From Octopus sinensis (taxonomy: Eukaryota), in assembly GCF_006345805.1 (NCBI RefSeq), contig NC_043000.1, forward strand, positions 133,796,001 to 133,860,000: 64,000 nt of DNA, in the 5' to 3' direction. Each line of letters opens with the position of its first letter. Within the stretch, counting starts at the first letter, position 1. The notes beneath the pieces are model-generated. The model made no database searches. It was not told the origin of the DNA and saw only the letters and a program-made list of their open reading frames with translations. Below, piece by piece: positions 1-11,346 of the stretch. A program made the translations under genes and the position numbers.

Positions 1-11
1 ATATGTATATA

Positions 12-1295
12 TTGGGTTGTCCAGAAAGTTTGTACCGATTCTTAAAGGAAAGAAAAAGGTCAATAAATGCTTGCCTTTACATTTTTAATCAACCAAATAT
101 GAACCATTTTGTTGCACAATGCATCTCCATCCTTCCTTTAACTTGAAAATACCCTCTTCCCAGAATTGAAGTGGTTTCATGGCAAAGAATTCATCAAGGT
201 ATCTTTTTATGTCATCCAAGGAATTGAAATTTTTACTATTAAGACTATTCTGCAGAGACCTGAATAAGTGGAAATCCAAAGGAGTAATATCTGGTGAATA
301 TGGAGGGTTGGGTAACACATCCCAGCCGAGCTGAAGGAATTTTTGTCTGGTTCCCAAAGAAACATGCGGTCTTGCATTATCATGTTGGAAAACAACACCC
401 TTCCTGTTGAAAAATTCTGGACGTTTCTCTTGAATTGCTGCTTTTAACTCATCTAGTTGTGTGCAGTATTTCTCAGAATAAATTGTCTGGTTACTTGGGA
501 GAAGCTCATAGTACAGAATTCCTTTCCAATCCCACCAGACACAAAGCAAGACGTTTTTAGGGTGAAGACCCGCTTTTGGGGTGGCTAAGGGTGGCTCATG
601 TCGCTTACTCCAGGATCGCTTTCTCGGAACATTTCGGTAGATAATCCATTTCTCGTCACCTGTCACAATTTGCTTTAAAAAAGGTGCGTTTTCATTCCGT
701 TTATAAAGCGAATCACAGATGGAAATGCAATTCAAAAGGTTCTTCTCACTCAATTCGTGTGGTACCCAAACATCATAGCAATTTGTGTACCCAAGCTTTA
801 CCAGGTGCTCATGAATGACAGATTTTGATAGGTTGAGGCTTTCTGCCAATTCTCGGGTTGTGCAATGTGGGTCATTTTCAATTAATGACTTGATTTGGTC
901 ATCATCTGTAGTGGATGGTCTGCCTGATTGCTCTTTATCAATAAGACTACAATCTCCAACTCAGAACCTTGCGAACCACTTCTGTACAGTTCTTTCAGAT
1001 AAAGAAACATCACCGTAAACTGCACATATTTCTTTGGTTGCTTGTGAGACATTTTTCCCTTTACGGAAAAAGAAAAGCATCAAGTGCTGAAAATGAACTT
1101 TCTTATCTTCCATTTTAAAGGGTTACAGAATTAACACAGGTTATAGGAACATAAACCTTCTTCCACGAAAATATAGTTTAAACTGTGCTCTAAATGGAGG
1201 TGTAGTTAAATCCTATTTTATGGACTCAACAATGTTCTAAAATAAGTCGAAAGGTATGCTACCATAAATCGGCACGAACTTTCCGGACAATCCAA
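12..1295 (-). mobile_element. Full-length mariner (DD34D) DNA transposon, about 1284 bp, inside an NCX intron
   Basis: 29-bp TIRs: ttgggttgtccagaaagtttgtaccgatt (12-40) and aatcggcacgaactttccggacaatccaa (1267-1295), 4 mismatches. TA flanks at 10-11 and 1296-1297. Transposase frame inside. Confidence 0.95.
85..1113 (-). pseudogene. Mariner transposase, 343 codons, one premature stop
   Basis: Hand translation from ATG 1113 (MEDKKVHFQHL...) is in frame with ORF 85..849. The only stop is TGA at 963-961 (KWFARF*), probably CGA>TGA. Motifs WVPHEL, TGDEKW, HDNARPH and YSPD; D-D spacing is 34. Confidence 0.93.
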
Positions 1296-1388
1296 TAGAA
1301 TGTTTCTTTATGTTTTATATATTTGAGTGTACATGTGTGTGTATATATACACACACACAAATATATAAAAACATACAAAGAACTGTTG

Positions 1389-1420
<32 letters not shown>

Positions 1421-1430
1421 TATAAATTCT

Positions 1431-1655
1431 TTTGGTTGTCAAGCGATGGTGAGGGGAACAAATACAGACATACATACATATATATATATATATGACGGGC
1501 TTCTTTCAGTTTCCACCTACCAAATCCACTCAAGGCTTTGGTCATCCTGAGGCTATAGTAGAAAACACTTGCCCAAAGTGTCACACAGTGGGATTGAACC
1601 CAGAACCATGTGGTTGGTAAGCAAGCTACTTTCCACACAGCCACTTCTGTGCCTA
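1431..1655 (-). mobile_element. SINE family A (tRNA-like head, internal microsatellite), partial copy
   Basis: Reverse complement matches the head tggctgtgtggtaagtagcttgcttaccaaccacatggtt...gaaagaagcccgtc of the copies at 30959 and 57288. Confidence 0.85.
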
Positions 1656-1692
1656 TGTATATAAAATGTTTCTTTGTATTCATTTTTTTATA

Positions 1693-2561
1693 TGAGGTGT
1701 AGTCAAAAAGTATCTAACCCTTTTTTTTTGCACAAAATAATAATGCTTGAACAAAAACTGCATGGGTATTAGTTGGCCACATCCTTCCTGAACATGCACA
1801 AAAAGTTTGATGTCTGTAGGTTGTGCCAGTCTCCAACAATGATGCGTTAAGCACAGACATGGAAAGTGTGCTGTGTGATTTTTGTTTCAGTCAAGAGGAC
1901 TGTGCACATTGAGCAAAGATACTGTATCAAATCCTACCAAAAATTTGGTGATATGCAAGCCCAGACTATCGAGAAGATTCAGAAGACTTTTGGAGATGAT
2001 GCTATGAAAAACACAAATAAAGAAGTGGTACAACCAGTTCAAAGTTGGCCCCACCTCAGTTGACAGTGAGCCATGAATATGCACCACAAGGTCAGATAAT
2101 TAAGAAAGAATATTACTGCAGGGTTCTTCATTGCCTTCATGAAGCTATGCAAGCAAAAGCAACCTGACCTGTGGGCTGCAAAAAACTGGCAACACCACCT
2201 TGACAAAGCACCCACTCATTCTGCCCACACTGCCCAAGCATTCCTCATCAAGCAAAATACATCACTTGTTTGTCAGGTTTTTTCTCCCCAGACTTGGCTC
2301 CATGCTACTTTTGGCTATTCCCAAAGCTAAAAGAATACTCAAAGGGAGAAGATTTGAGTCAACAGAGGACGTTAAGCAAATTCCAATGGTACAAGCTCTA
2401 CAGCATCCCAAATTGTAATTTCCAAAAATGTTTCTAGCAGTGGAAAAAGTGTGTAGACTCCCAAGGTGAATACTTTGAAGGAGACTAAATCAAAATGTTG
2501 AGTTTTTTCTAATATTGCTTGTTTTGGGGCCAAAGGTTGGACACTTTATGACTACACCTCA
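1693..2561 (+). mobile_element. Second, degenerate mariner family (869 bp, internally deleted)
   Basis: 27-bp TIRs tgaggtgtagtcaaaaagtatctaacc / ggttggacactttatgactacacctca (3 mismatches), TA flanks at 1691-1692 and 2562-2563. Frameshifted transposase remnants: EQRYCIK, LDKAPTH, LKGRRFES, WKKCVDSQGEYFEG. Confidence 0.88.
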
Positions 2562-2574
2562 TATTTGTGTGTGC

Positions 2575-2617
<43 letters not shown>

Positions 2618-2654
2618 TCTTTGTATTTGCTTTTGCATATTTGTGTGTCAAGTA

Positions 2655-2816
2655 CAATCAGCCAAAATTGTGAAGATAATCTGGTACTCAACTGAGGAAA
2701 GAAAACTTCGAATGACCCATCCTTGTTTTCTTTGAATCATCTATCTGGATGTTTTGTTCCATTTTTGTATCACCTGTGCAGATGTTTTGCATTCTTGTCC
2801 CATTTTGTATTTTATA
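2655..2816 (+). repeat. Single-arm copy of the 61.4-62.1 kb fold-back family
   Basis: Aligns by eye to the reverse complement of 61411-61580 (aatcagc..aaattg..gata/gatc..ctgagga...cttgtcccattttgtattttat). Ends in (TA)n. Confidence 0.8.
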
Positions 2817-2818
2817 TT

Positions 2819-2852
<34 letters not shown>

Positions 2853-3096
2853 GACACAAAGAAATAGACATGCACACATATATATAGACAGAAAGAAACA
2901 CACAAACGCACAGATAAACAGATACACCCAATTATACATATGTACAGATATGTCCATCATGTATTATATAGATATTGAGAAGTCCTTTATGGTATAGTAA
3001 AAGGAAAAGAAAATCTCCCCTTTAGAGAAAAATGGAAATGGTGGTATCAGTCAACCAAAATGGGTGAAATATAGTTAAATATTTCCAGACGCTTAC

Positions 3097-3120
3097 CTTG
3101 GCTGAAAGCTCATCCTGAAT
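3097..3120 (-). CDS. NCX: NCX micro-exon, 24 nt, phase 0-0 (IQDELSAK); last exon visible in the window
   Basis: tcttttattaaatgcag|ATTCAGGATGAGCTTTCAGCCAAG|gtaagc; open and in frame with the upstream exons. Confidence 0.7.
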
Positions 3121-3914
3121 CTGCATTTAATAAAAGATAAGAAAACCAAGATATCAATGTGAAGCATCCTGCATAATATTCAATTTATAAATTTGAAAGA
3201 ACAGATTGCCATGCATTATTCTGCAATAAAGGACATCACAAACACAGAGTTACTTATATGTTTAAAAATCAAAGATAATTTGTCACTATTGTAGTATGAT
3301 ACTAATTAGATGATATTTATGATACTGGAAAGAGCCTTCTAGGAAAGCTCTTGCTACCAAGTCATCTCCAACTTTGAAGCAGCCAGGATCGACACTAATG
3401 AAAATAATAGACCCCAGTATCGAGTTGGATCCAATCAGTCCCCAAATGGTGGAGACCGCTACTACAACAGATCTGCAAATCCTAGGTAGGTCTGAATTCC
3501 CACACGAGATGACATGCCAATGCATCAAAGAACACTGCAAAGCTGTGTCCTGTTGAATCTTCAGTTTGTCAAAGTGACAAGTGAGTCCAATAATGATACA
3601 AAGTACAGAACCATGTAAAAATAAGCTGATGACAATTGGTGATTAAACTGATTAGAATAAAGTGATACTGAAAATATTAAAAAACGATTCAATTCTAATG
3701 TTGGAATTAACAGTTATAACATTGTGTTAAAATTATATTCTAATAGGTAAATTACTTAATTTTCACGTTCATTAAAGGTGAAACAAACATTGTACTATTT
3801 TACTCTATCTTAGAACTCTTCTAATCTATAGTCTTGTGTGTGTGTATGTGTGTTTTTAAACATAAAAAAAACTTTTAGCTCATTATCAGAAAATATATAA
3901 TTACTTCTGAAGGT

Positions 3915-4200
3915 GGTTAGGGTATTCTGCTCACAATCATAAGGTTGTGAGTTCAATTCCCAATTGTACATAGTGCCCTTGAGCAAGATACTTTATTTCA
4001 TGTTGCTACAGTCCACTCAGCTAGCAAAAGTGTGTGGTACCTGTAATTTACTTTGTAAATCAATAGAATTGGTAGAATGTGACCAACCTTGTCACATTCT
4101 GAGTCTTGCTGAATCTTCCTGAGATCTACATTAAGGGTGAAGATGTCTGTGGAGTGCTCAGCCATTTGCATGTTAAATTTCACAAGCAGACTGTTCCATT
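3915..4200 (+). mobile_element. Degenerate SINE family D copy
   Basis: gtggttagggt...ggttgtgagttcaattcc...cttgagcaagatactttatttcatgttgctacagtccactcagct resembles 25248-25380. Confidence 0.65.
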
Positions 4201-5687
4201 CACCAGACCAATCAGAGCCCTCATTGTTGTAAATAATGGAGTTCCAGTAGATTACTATTTCTGAACTATTTATCATCAAACGTGTACTGTTGTTTTAGAT
4301 ATTCACATTAATTGTAAAGGAAACAAATGAATTATTTAAGCTTATGTTTTAGAAGCATGAGCTCAGAACAGATTAACTATAACAAACATTTAATATAAAT
4401 ATTAAGTGAGTCTCAATTCAATAGAGAAACCAAAAGATTATTATCAAAGTAAGATGTTAATAAGAAAGTTCTATAAACAACTTATAGGATGTCATGGTAA
4501 CAGATACCTAATGAGTTGTGGCCTTAACCTAGCTGCAAGTCTCCTACATCATAAGCATCATTATAGTCTGATTTCGATATCTTTATTTTGAGCCCAATGA
4601 ACAGTTATGAGAGTAAGATATATATATAACATTCTGCTCTCAGTAAGATATACAAAACATCAGATATCTTGGTTCATAAGCCTTGTTAAAAAATGTGTTG
4701 GATATAATATAATTTTTGTAATTTTCAGTTTTAATGATATTGCTCCATTCCACATATCTGGCAGTTATTACAAAACAGAAGTTCATGATGAAACATCTCA
4801 TCACTTTGGACAAAATTGACTTCGTAAGAAACATCAGAAAAGAAGCATTAAGCCAACTTCTTTTTTTATGCAATGTGGCATTATGTCTCATGCTAAAGCT
4901 ACCTTTAACCCATTCCAGGATGATGATTGACTGAGGAATATTAGTTATTGCCAATCTGCCAATAAAAGAAAGCACAGTTACCATGTTACCAATTCTTGTC
5001 AATGAGCTAGATTTCATCTCACCCCCTGTTCGCCTTATACCAATGTTTTAGTGTAAAGTATTTTTGGAATTGTCATGCTACAAACTATCAGCTACTAGTA
5101 GTAGTTCTAATATTCTCTATGAAGTATGTCTAACAACCAGCACTCAGTTTTCAGGTGCCTTTTGCAGAGACCATTTTGTGCAAGCATTCAGAACAATTCT
5201 CTATACACCTATATTTTTGTAGCATATGTACAACCTGAACATTAACTATATCATCCATACCACTTTGGGAAAAATCTGCAGAGATCTTGAGCTCTTCTCC
5301 TCATTCTCTGTTCAAATTGTAAAAGTAAAAAAAAGAAAAGAAAAGAAAATGCTTAAACATTCAAGACCAAATAAAAATGGTTTATATAAGTTGAAGCTTG
5401 TCCTTTCTATAGAATGAAGTTCCAGTGAAAGCCTAAAATATTAACTTTAGTTGTTAGATCTCAACCCCCTCTATTAATAGTTATTAGTAAGAAATATGTT
5501 AAAATCTCTGAAAAATAACTTTCAGATTAAACAAAACTGAAAATATACAAATAAACAGAAATATAACCAATGTAGACTTGATAACAACAATATTGTAAAA
5601 ATTCATTAAATTACTGATAACAAATTCAAAATAAAATAAATATTTTAGATTGGAAAACATTTTATAAATCTAAAATGTAAAACATAC

Positions 5688-5708
5688 TTCCCTATATCTA
5701 CTACCAGC
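5688..5708 (-). CDS. NCX: NCX micro-exon, 21 nt, phase 0-0 (AGSRYRE)
   Basis: Very strong acceptor ttttttctttttttctattttttgttttcag|GCTGGTAGTAGATATAGGGAA|gtatgt; keeps the frame. Confidence 0.65.
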
Positions 5709-7398
5709 CTGAAAACAAAAAATAGAAAAAAAGAAAAAACTACGTAAAATATAGTATATACATACATTTATGGAACCTGAGAGAAATTATATTATATATA
5801 CATGCACACATACAGAAATTACATAATTGTATGATTGAGCAATATGATAAAAAATGAAAGGGCAACAGACTACAAAGATAGTAAAAAATGTTTAAATAAT
5901 CCTCAATGAGAAATAAAAGATTAGTATTGGATCTGTTTTAAAGAAGAGAATTAAATAAAATTCATTTGTAATTTCTCCACTCTGGAAATTATAAAGATAT
6001 TCTTACATAGTCAGATAAGTTCCCAGCTTTTATTCCTAGTTGTAGTTCACTCATTTCATTTACATTATAAATGCTTTAAGAATACTTGAGTTCAACAATC
6101 TGTATTTCTTGCTTTCTTAAAAATCCTAAAGGAGGTGCATGTCACCCAAAGAAATCAAGTGAGAAACATTTAGTTCTCCTACTGATGGGAAACTAAATGG
6201 CAAAACTACAGTACATCTAAAAGTGAACATAATTAAAAATAATATTCAACTGATTCATTTAATGTTACTCCTAGTTTCTCTGTTTTGTGACAAGAGAAGG
6301 GAAAAGTCTACATACACTAAGTGATTGCTAAATCACTATTCACTGATTTCTCACATAAATACATATTCAAAGGCATATCTAAAACTGAAGGGAAATAAGA
6401 TTGTATGGTGTTTCTCAGAGTTATTGAAATAATGAACAAAGTGAAATAATTGCTCAGAACTGAAACTAGTTTATATTCTTGGCTTATTGAAAGCTTACCT
6501 CTAGCCTGTGACATTTAACAAGTCAGTTAAAATATATTTAAAATTCTCGAATTTCATTAGTAAAAAAAAACAAAAAAACTATCCCCTCCACTTTCTACAT
6601 TCATTAAAATAAAAACAAGCATGCAGCAGTTTCCATAAGCACAAGCTAATGTGGTCAATATTGGTTTCTTAGTAACAAAGTCAGTTTTAATAATATAATC
6701 AGTAATATTACAAACAACATATATAACTGAAATTTATCTTACTAGCCCAGCAAAATAAAGGGAAAATAAGCAAGATTTGATCCCAGAATATAAGTGGATA
6801 AAATTAAATACTGTAAAGATTTTCAACAGTTTCTGCAATATATTCTGCAAACTTCAATAATGGAAAAATGAAAATGCAGTTATCATTGGCAGAATTAGTT
6901 GATATGAACTGCTTTGCAGCATTTAGTTTTCTCCAGCTCTATTCTGAATATGAATTGCACTATTAAATTTCTCTTCCATCCTTCTAAAGAAAAGCAAAAA
7001 CAAAAGTATACACACAATGCTCTGGAATTAACTGAGTCAACTACATTACTTTCCTACAAACATTGACTCCATTCTTAAGAAACCAATATTATAAAAATTG
7101 TGGAATTATTTAAATTCTTTTCTTGAAAAGCAAAATAAAAGAAAAAACATATATAAAACATGTTTAACATCAAACAATGGCAAAATTTTGAAACGGTAAT
7201 TTCTGGCACAATTCATACTAAGCAGTTTTCATAAATTTTCTTTCTCTTGTAATGACGTTATTTTAACTGGTTTCAACTAGTTGGCAGTGGCCATGCTGGC
7301 ACATTGCATGCTGCACTAAGTTTTGAAAAGAAAATTTGATTACTGAAGTCATTTAACAAGGAGTAAATAAGAGACATCAAGTTAGTTATCTAGGTTAC

Positions 7399-7566
7399 CT
7401 CTTTGAAAGCTTCCATAACTATTGGCGTAAGTTTCTGACCACCAGTCATACTTCGATTGGCATTGATACGATACCATCCTCTCCCATGGCTCTGACGTTC
7501 AGCAAGGGTTGCTGCAGCTAAACGGCCAGCATCTGTTTGAGTAATATCTTGTGTACGAGCAAGGTC
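7399..7566 (-). CDS. NCX: NCX exon, 168 nt, phase 0-0 (DLARTQD...GRGWYRINANRSMTGGQKL...AFKE)
   Basis: tttttatag| and |gtaacc boundaries; 56 open codons. GRGWYRINANRSMTGG resembles the NCX loop motif SRAFYRIQATRLMTG that precedes CBD1. Confidence 0.92.
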
Positions 7567-7784
7567 CTATAAAAATTCAACAAACAGATAAAACTATACA
7601 ACCAGTGGAAATAGTTGTTTGAACATGAATGAGTTAAGAAACAGGATTGAACAACAAAATGTTATCCAATTTATGCAAATGAAACAACTGGTTTAAGCAT
7701 GAGCTGTAATTATGTTACATCTTTCACATCCTTCAATACTAAACCCCACAGTTTAGGGCTCTTGTCTTGTGACTACTTGATAAC

Positions 7785-7972
7785 CTCACTAGTGCTGGTG
7801 CCACATTTAAAGCACACAGCACACTCTGTAAAATGACTGGCATTAGGAAGAGTATCCAGCTATAGAAACCATGCCAGAGCAGGTACTGGAGATCAGTGTA
7901 GCCTTGTGGCTTGTTGGTTTCTATTGGACTATCCAACCTACATCAACATGGTAAAAGGAGCATCAAATGATG
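7785..7972 (+). mobile_element. Degenerate RTE-type 3' tail element (family B)
   Basis: ctggcattaggaagagtatccagctatagaaac...atccaacctacatcaacatgg...aaatgatg matches family B in forward orientation. Confidence 0.6.
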
Positions 7973-9577
7973 CAAAAAGGGGGAAATGCTACTGGTTGAA
8001 AGTATAAAATATCAAGAAAGAGAGTACGAGATATCAGCAAGCTTTTTACTTCCTTTTTCTTTAACTCTTTTGATACCAACCAATCTACCCAGGGATGCTT
8101 CTGGTTCTTTGACATAATGTTCCTATTTAGATTTTAAAATTTCGGTTATTAATTTTATAAAAAACTCTTTTCTTAAGTAATATTCTTGAAACCAATTTAA
8201 TGTAGAAGTAAATGTAAAAGATATTTTACTAAATGCACTAATTTCTTCATTTCTTTTTTTTTTCAAAACTAATTCAAAAGCAAAATTTTAAACTTCTATT
8301 TTAGAATATACTACTTTTCTATTATATTTTATTTTGTCTGATCTCATACATATTAACATTTTCATACATTATTATAAGTGGGTCCTTATAAATTTTACTG
8401 TGGTATTTGTCTTTTCAATAGTTAGACTACAGAGAATCAGAAACTGTCTAAGTTTGCATTATAGTAACTGTAACAAAATTTTAACTCAATCATTTATGGG
8501 ATCAGCATATTAACCTTATGACAATGTTGCTTAGAAAATATTTTGTTTTAATTTCATTGCATGTTTATTCTTACTAATAACTCTTCTTCTGATAAATTTT
8601 TTTCAAATTTTAGAATTTGGCTTAAACCATTCCTCACCATATTTCTAACAAAAGTTGCCATCTACATGTTCCGATTAAATCTGGAGATAATCAAGAAATT
8701 GATGGGATTTAAAAAAAAAAAAAGTAACTAATTCTTTTAATTATTAAGCAGGTTTTTGAAACAAACTTGTGAAGTCAGAGAGATATAAATACCTTTAAAA
8801 ATGGATAGTTTTATATAAAAAAAAAAGATGACAAAGAGGCAATCTCAGAAGGGCTGGTATCAAAAAACATCGTAATTATTTTGTAGTGGCTTAGCAGCTT
8901 GATAGCATTAAATTGAAATAATTTTTTCTTCTTCAAATAATTAACAGGCTTAAATACTTAAATTCAACCATAGTTTACTTTACAAAAGAGCCAGGTGTTC
9001 ACTCTATGCATTTCAATCACTATTACTTCCCAAAATTTGCTAATTGTTTGAGGTACACATAGGGTTGCAAGTAGATACAGATACCTTCAAACCCTCCTAT
9101 CCTTGACCCGGGGATGGGACAGCTGAAACGAGAGATGCATCAGCTCTCAACTGAGAGCTAATTTCCAGTCGAGTGAATGGGAGTAACATAAAATGAATTG
9201 CTTTGCCCAGGGAAGCAATATACCACCCAGTCCAGGAATTAAACCCATGACTTAATGATCATGAGCCTAACACCTTAACCACTAGGTCACTTGCCTTCAC
9301 ATTATCTTATGTTTTGTAGTTACTCCTCTTTAATAAGTTTCTTATTTAACAGACCAACAGATTAACTGAACTGTGAGAAACTCACTGATATATATATAAA
9401 GAAAGCATACAATGAGGGAGGTTATTGCAAAAACATGATGATTCATAAATTAAATTAAATTTATAACACACACATACTCAGAGTAGCAAGAGACTGACTC
9501 AACCAAAATAGAAATATTAATCTCTGTTATGGTATTGAGTACTCTTTCTTCCAAATCATCACTAAATGGATATATTA

Positions 9578-10255
9578 TCATCAATGTTTAACATCTGCTC
9601 TCCATGCTGGCATGGGTCGGACAGTTTGACCTGGAATGGTTAGCAAGGAGCTGTCCAAACTCCAACTGTTTGTTGTGGAATGGTTTCTATGGCTGGATGC
9701 TTTTCCTAATGCTAACCACTTAACAGAGTGGTGTTGAGGGCTTTTTATGAGCCACTGGCACAGGTGCACTAATGCAGTACCAGCACAGGTGCTTTTTAAG
9801 TGGCACCAGCTCCTGAAAGAACAAGCCTGAATGTGTGGAAGACAGCAATTTTACTTAGTTTGATATGTCTTATTCATCATCATCGTCGTTTAATGTCTGT
9901 TTTCCATGCTAGCACAGGTTGGACGGTTCGACCAGGATCTGGGAAGCCAGGAGGCTGCACCAGGCTCCAGTCTGATCTGGCAGTGTTTCTACAGCTGGAT
10001 GACCTTCCTAACACCAAAGTAAAGCAAATTTATTAAGTAAAGCAAATTGCCACATCTCCCGGTCCCTTGTCATTTCCTCAGTGAGGCCCAGCATCCAAAA
10101 ATCCTTTCTCATCACTTCATCCCATGTTTCCTGGGTCTACCCATTTCACAGGTACCCTACACAATTAGAGCTTGGCACTTCTTTATGCAGTTGTCCTCAT
10201 CCAAACACAACCAAACTAGCATAGTTTTCTCTTGCATCCACCTGATACCTTTTAT
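9578..10255 (-). mobile_element. Cluster of two family B (GAT-tailed) ends and an RTE C-terminal fragment
   Basis: catcat...gtttaa..tc.g.t.tccatgct starts at 9578 and 9874. The minus strand of 10045-10255 reads like the RTE C-terminus (GRPRKTWDEV-type). Confidence 0.75.
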
Positions 10256-10490
10256 ACAGAGCCCCTCCCACACACACATGCATACACAAATGTAAGTAAA
10301 AAGTTCTCAATACATACAATTAATGATAACAACACTTAAAACTGAGGTTTTGCCCCTTTGTTACTGAGTTTCATGTTATGACTTGGTAGAAAAGCAGTAA
10401 CATGAAGCTTGAAGTGTTAAGGTTTGTTATTGTATATATTTCTATTGTACTAAAACAGACAATAGAGGAAAGAATTTGGAAGAAACCTAC

Positions 10491-10564
10491 TCTGGCAAGT
10501 AAAAACACATTTTCTTCCGTGGATTCAGGTTTGTCCAAAGGTTCTTCTTCTGATCCCTTTGATC
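10491..10564 (-). CDS. NCX: NCX exon, 74 nt, phase 1-0 (GSKGSEEEPLDKPESTEENVFLLAR)
   Basis: ttatttttattttag| acceptor and |gtaggt donor. Its phase bridges the phase-1 end of exon 27834 to the phase-0 start of exon 7566. Confidence 0.85.
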
Positions 10565-11343
10565 CTAAAATAAAAATAATTTGAAAAGAAATGTTTTTGT
10601 TGTTAACTTTCTGTTATGTAAAGGTTTAGAATTGGCAAGTTATTAAAAATATGAGTAAAATGAAATGACTGGTATTATTTCATTACGATGATGATATTTA
10701 AGCTTGTCTGGCAGTTCTTATTTACTTTGTAGTAAAGATTGAATCCAATGTGACATATTAGTTTGCTAAAATATATTCCTACCAATAGCAGAAATATAAA
10801 GATATTCGAAGGAAAAAATTTTATTCTTGTGGGGATAATCTAAAACAAACAAGATTACACATAGCAATAATAATAAAAAAAAAAGAAGTATTTTACATAA
10901 GCAATTTTTACAGTTCTTTGGAGTTCTTAGAATGTATAAAAGTTAGAGAAGAATTTCTATCTTTTACCATCTTTTACTTTTAAAAACAAATTATTTGACT
11001 ACACTGTGTTGAAACTTAACACATTAGAACCTTGCTATTATAAGCAACAATAAAAGCCTTTTAAAAACATCAGCAGCAACACAAATTTAGAAGACAACAC
11101 ATTACAATATTAATAAACAATTTCATTTACACTTCATTTCTCAGTAAACTAATTAGGTACAGTTATATGCTTGATGTTTATTGGTTCTGTTTATCAAATG
11201 AGCTGAAAAAAATGTTGCAAGGGACAAACACAAATATTAAAAAACAAAAACCATAAATCAATGCTGCTTTCTAACATTTAACATCCATCAAACCTAAAAA
11301 AATGTATTAAATCTTCAAAAGCTCTGTTGTAAATGTATCTTAC

Positions 11344-11346
11344 CTA
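11344..11346 (-). CDS. NCX: Candidate 3-nt NCX micro-exon (TAG, adds Val) or zero-length recursive splice site
   Basis: ttttcaactgtttctctgttccttttaaacag|TAG|gtaaga; phase 1 gives G+TA = Val. Confidence 0.4.
   Translation of the reverse strand, partial: 

Noticed and set aside
4740-4920. piggyBac-like Cys-rich C-terminus (LCNVALCL) next to TTAACCC
   Set aside because: Too short and frameshifted, and no matching second end was found.
4975-5030. GEMKSSSLTRIG as an NCX exon
   Set aside because: No polypyrimidine acceptor, and upstream alternatives contain stops.
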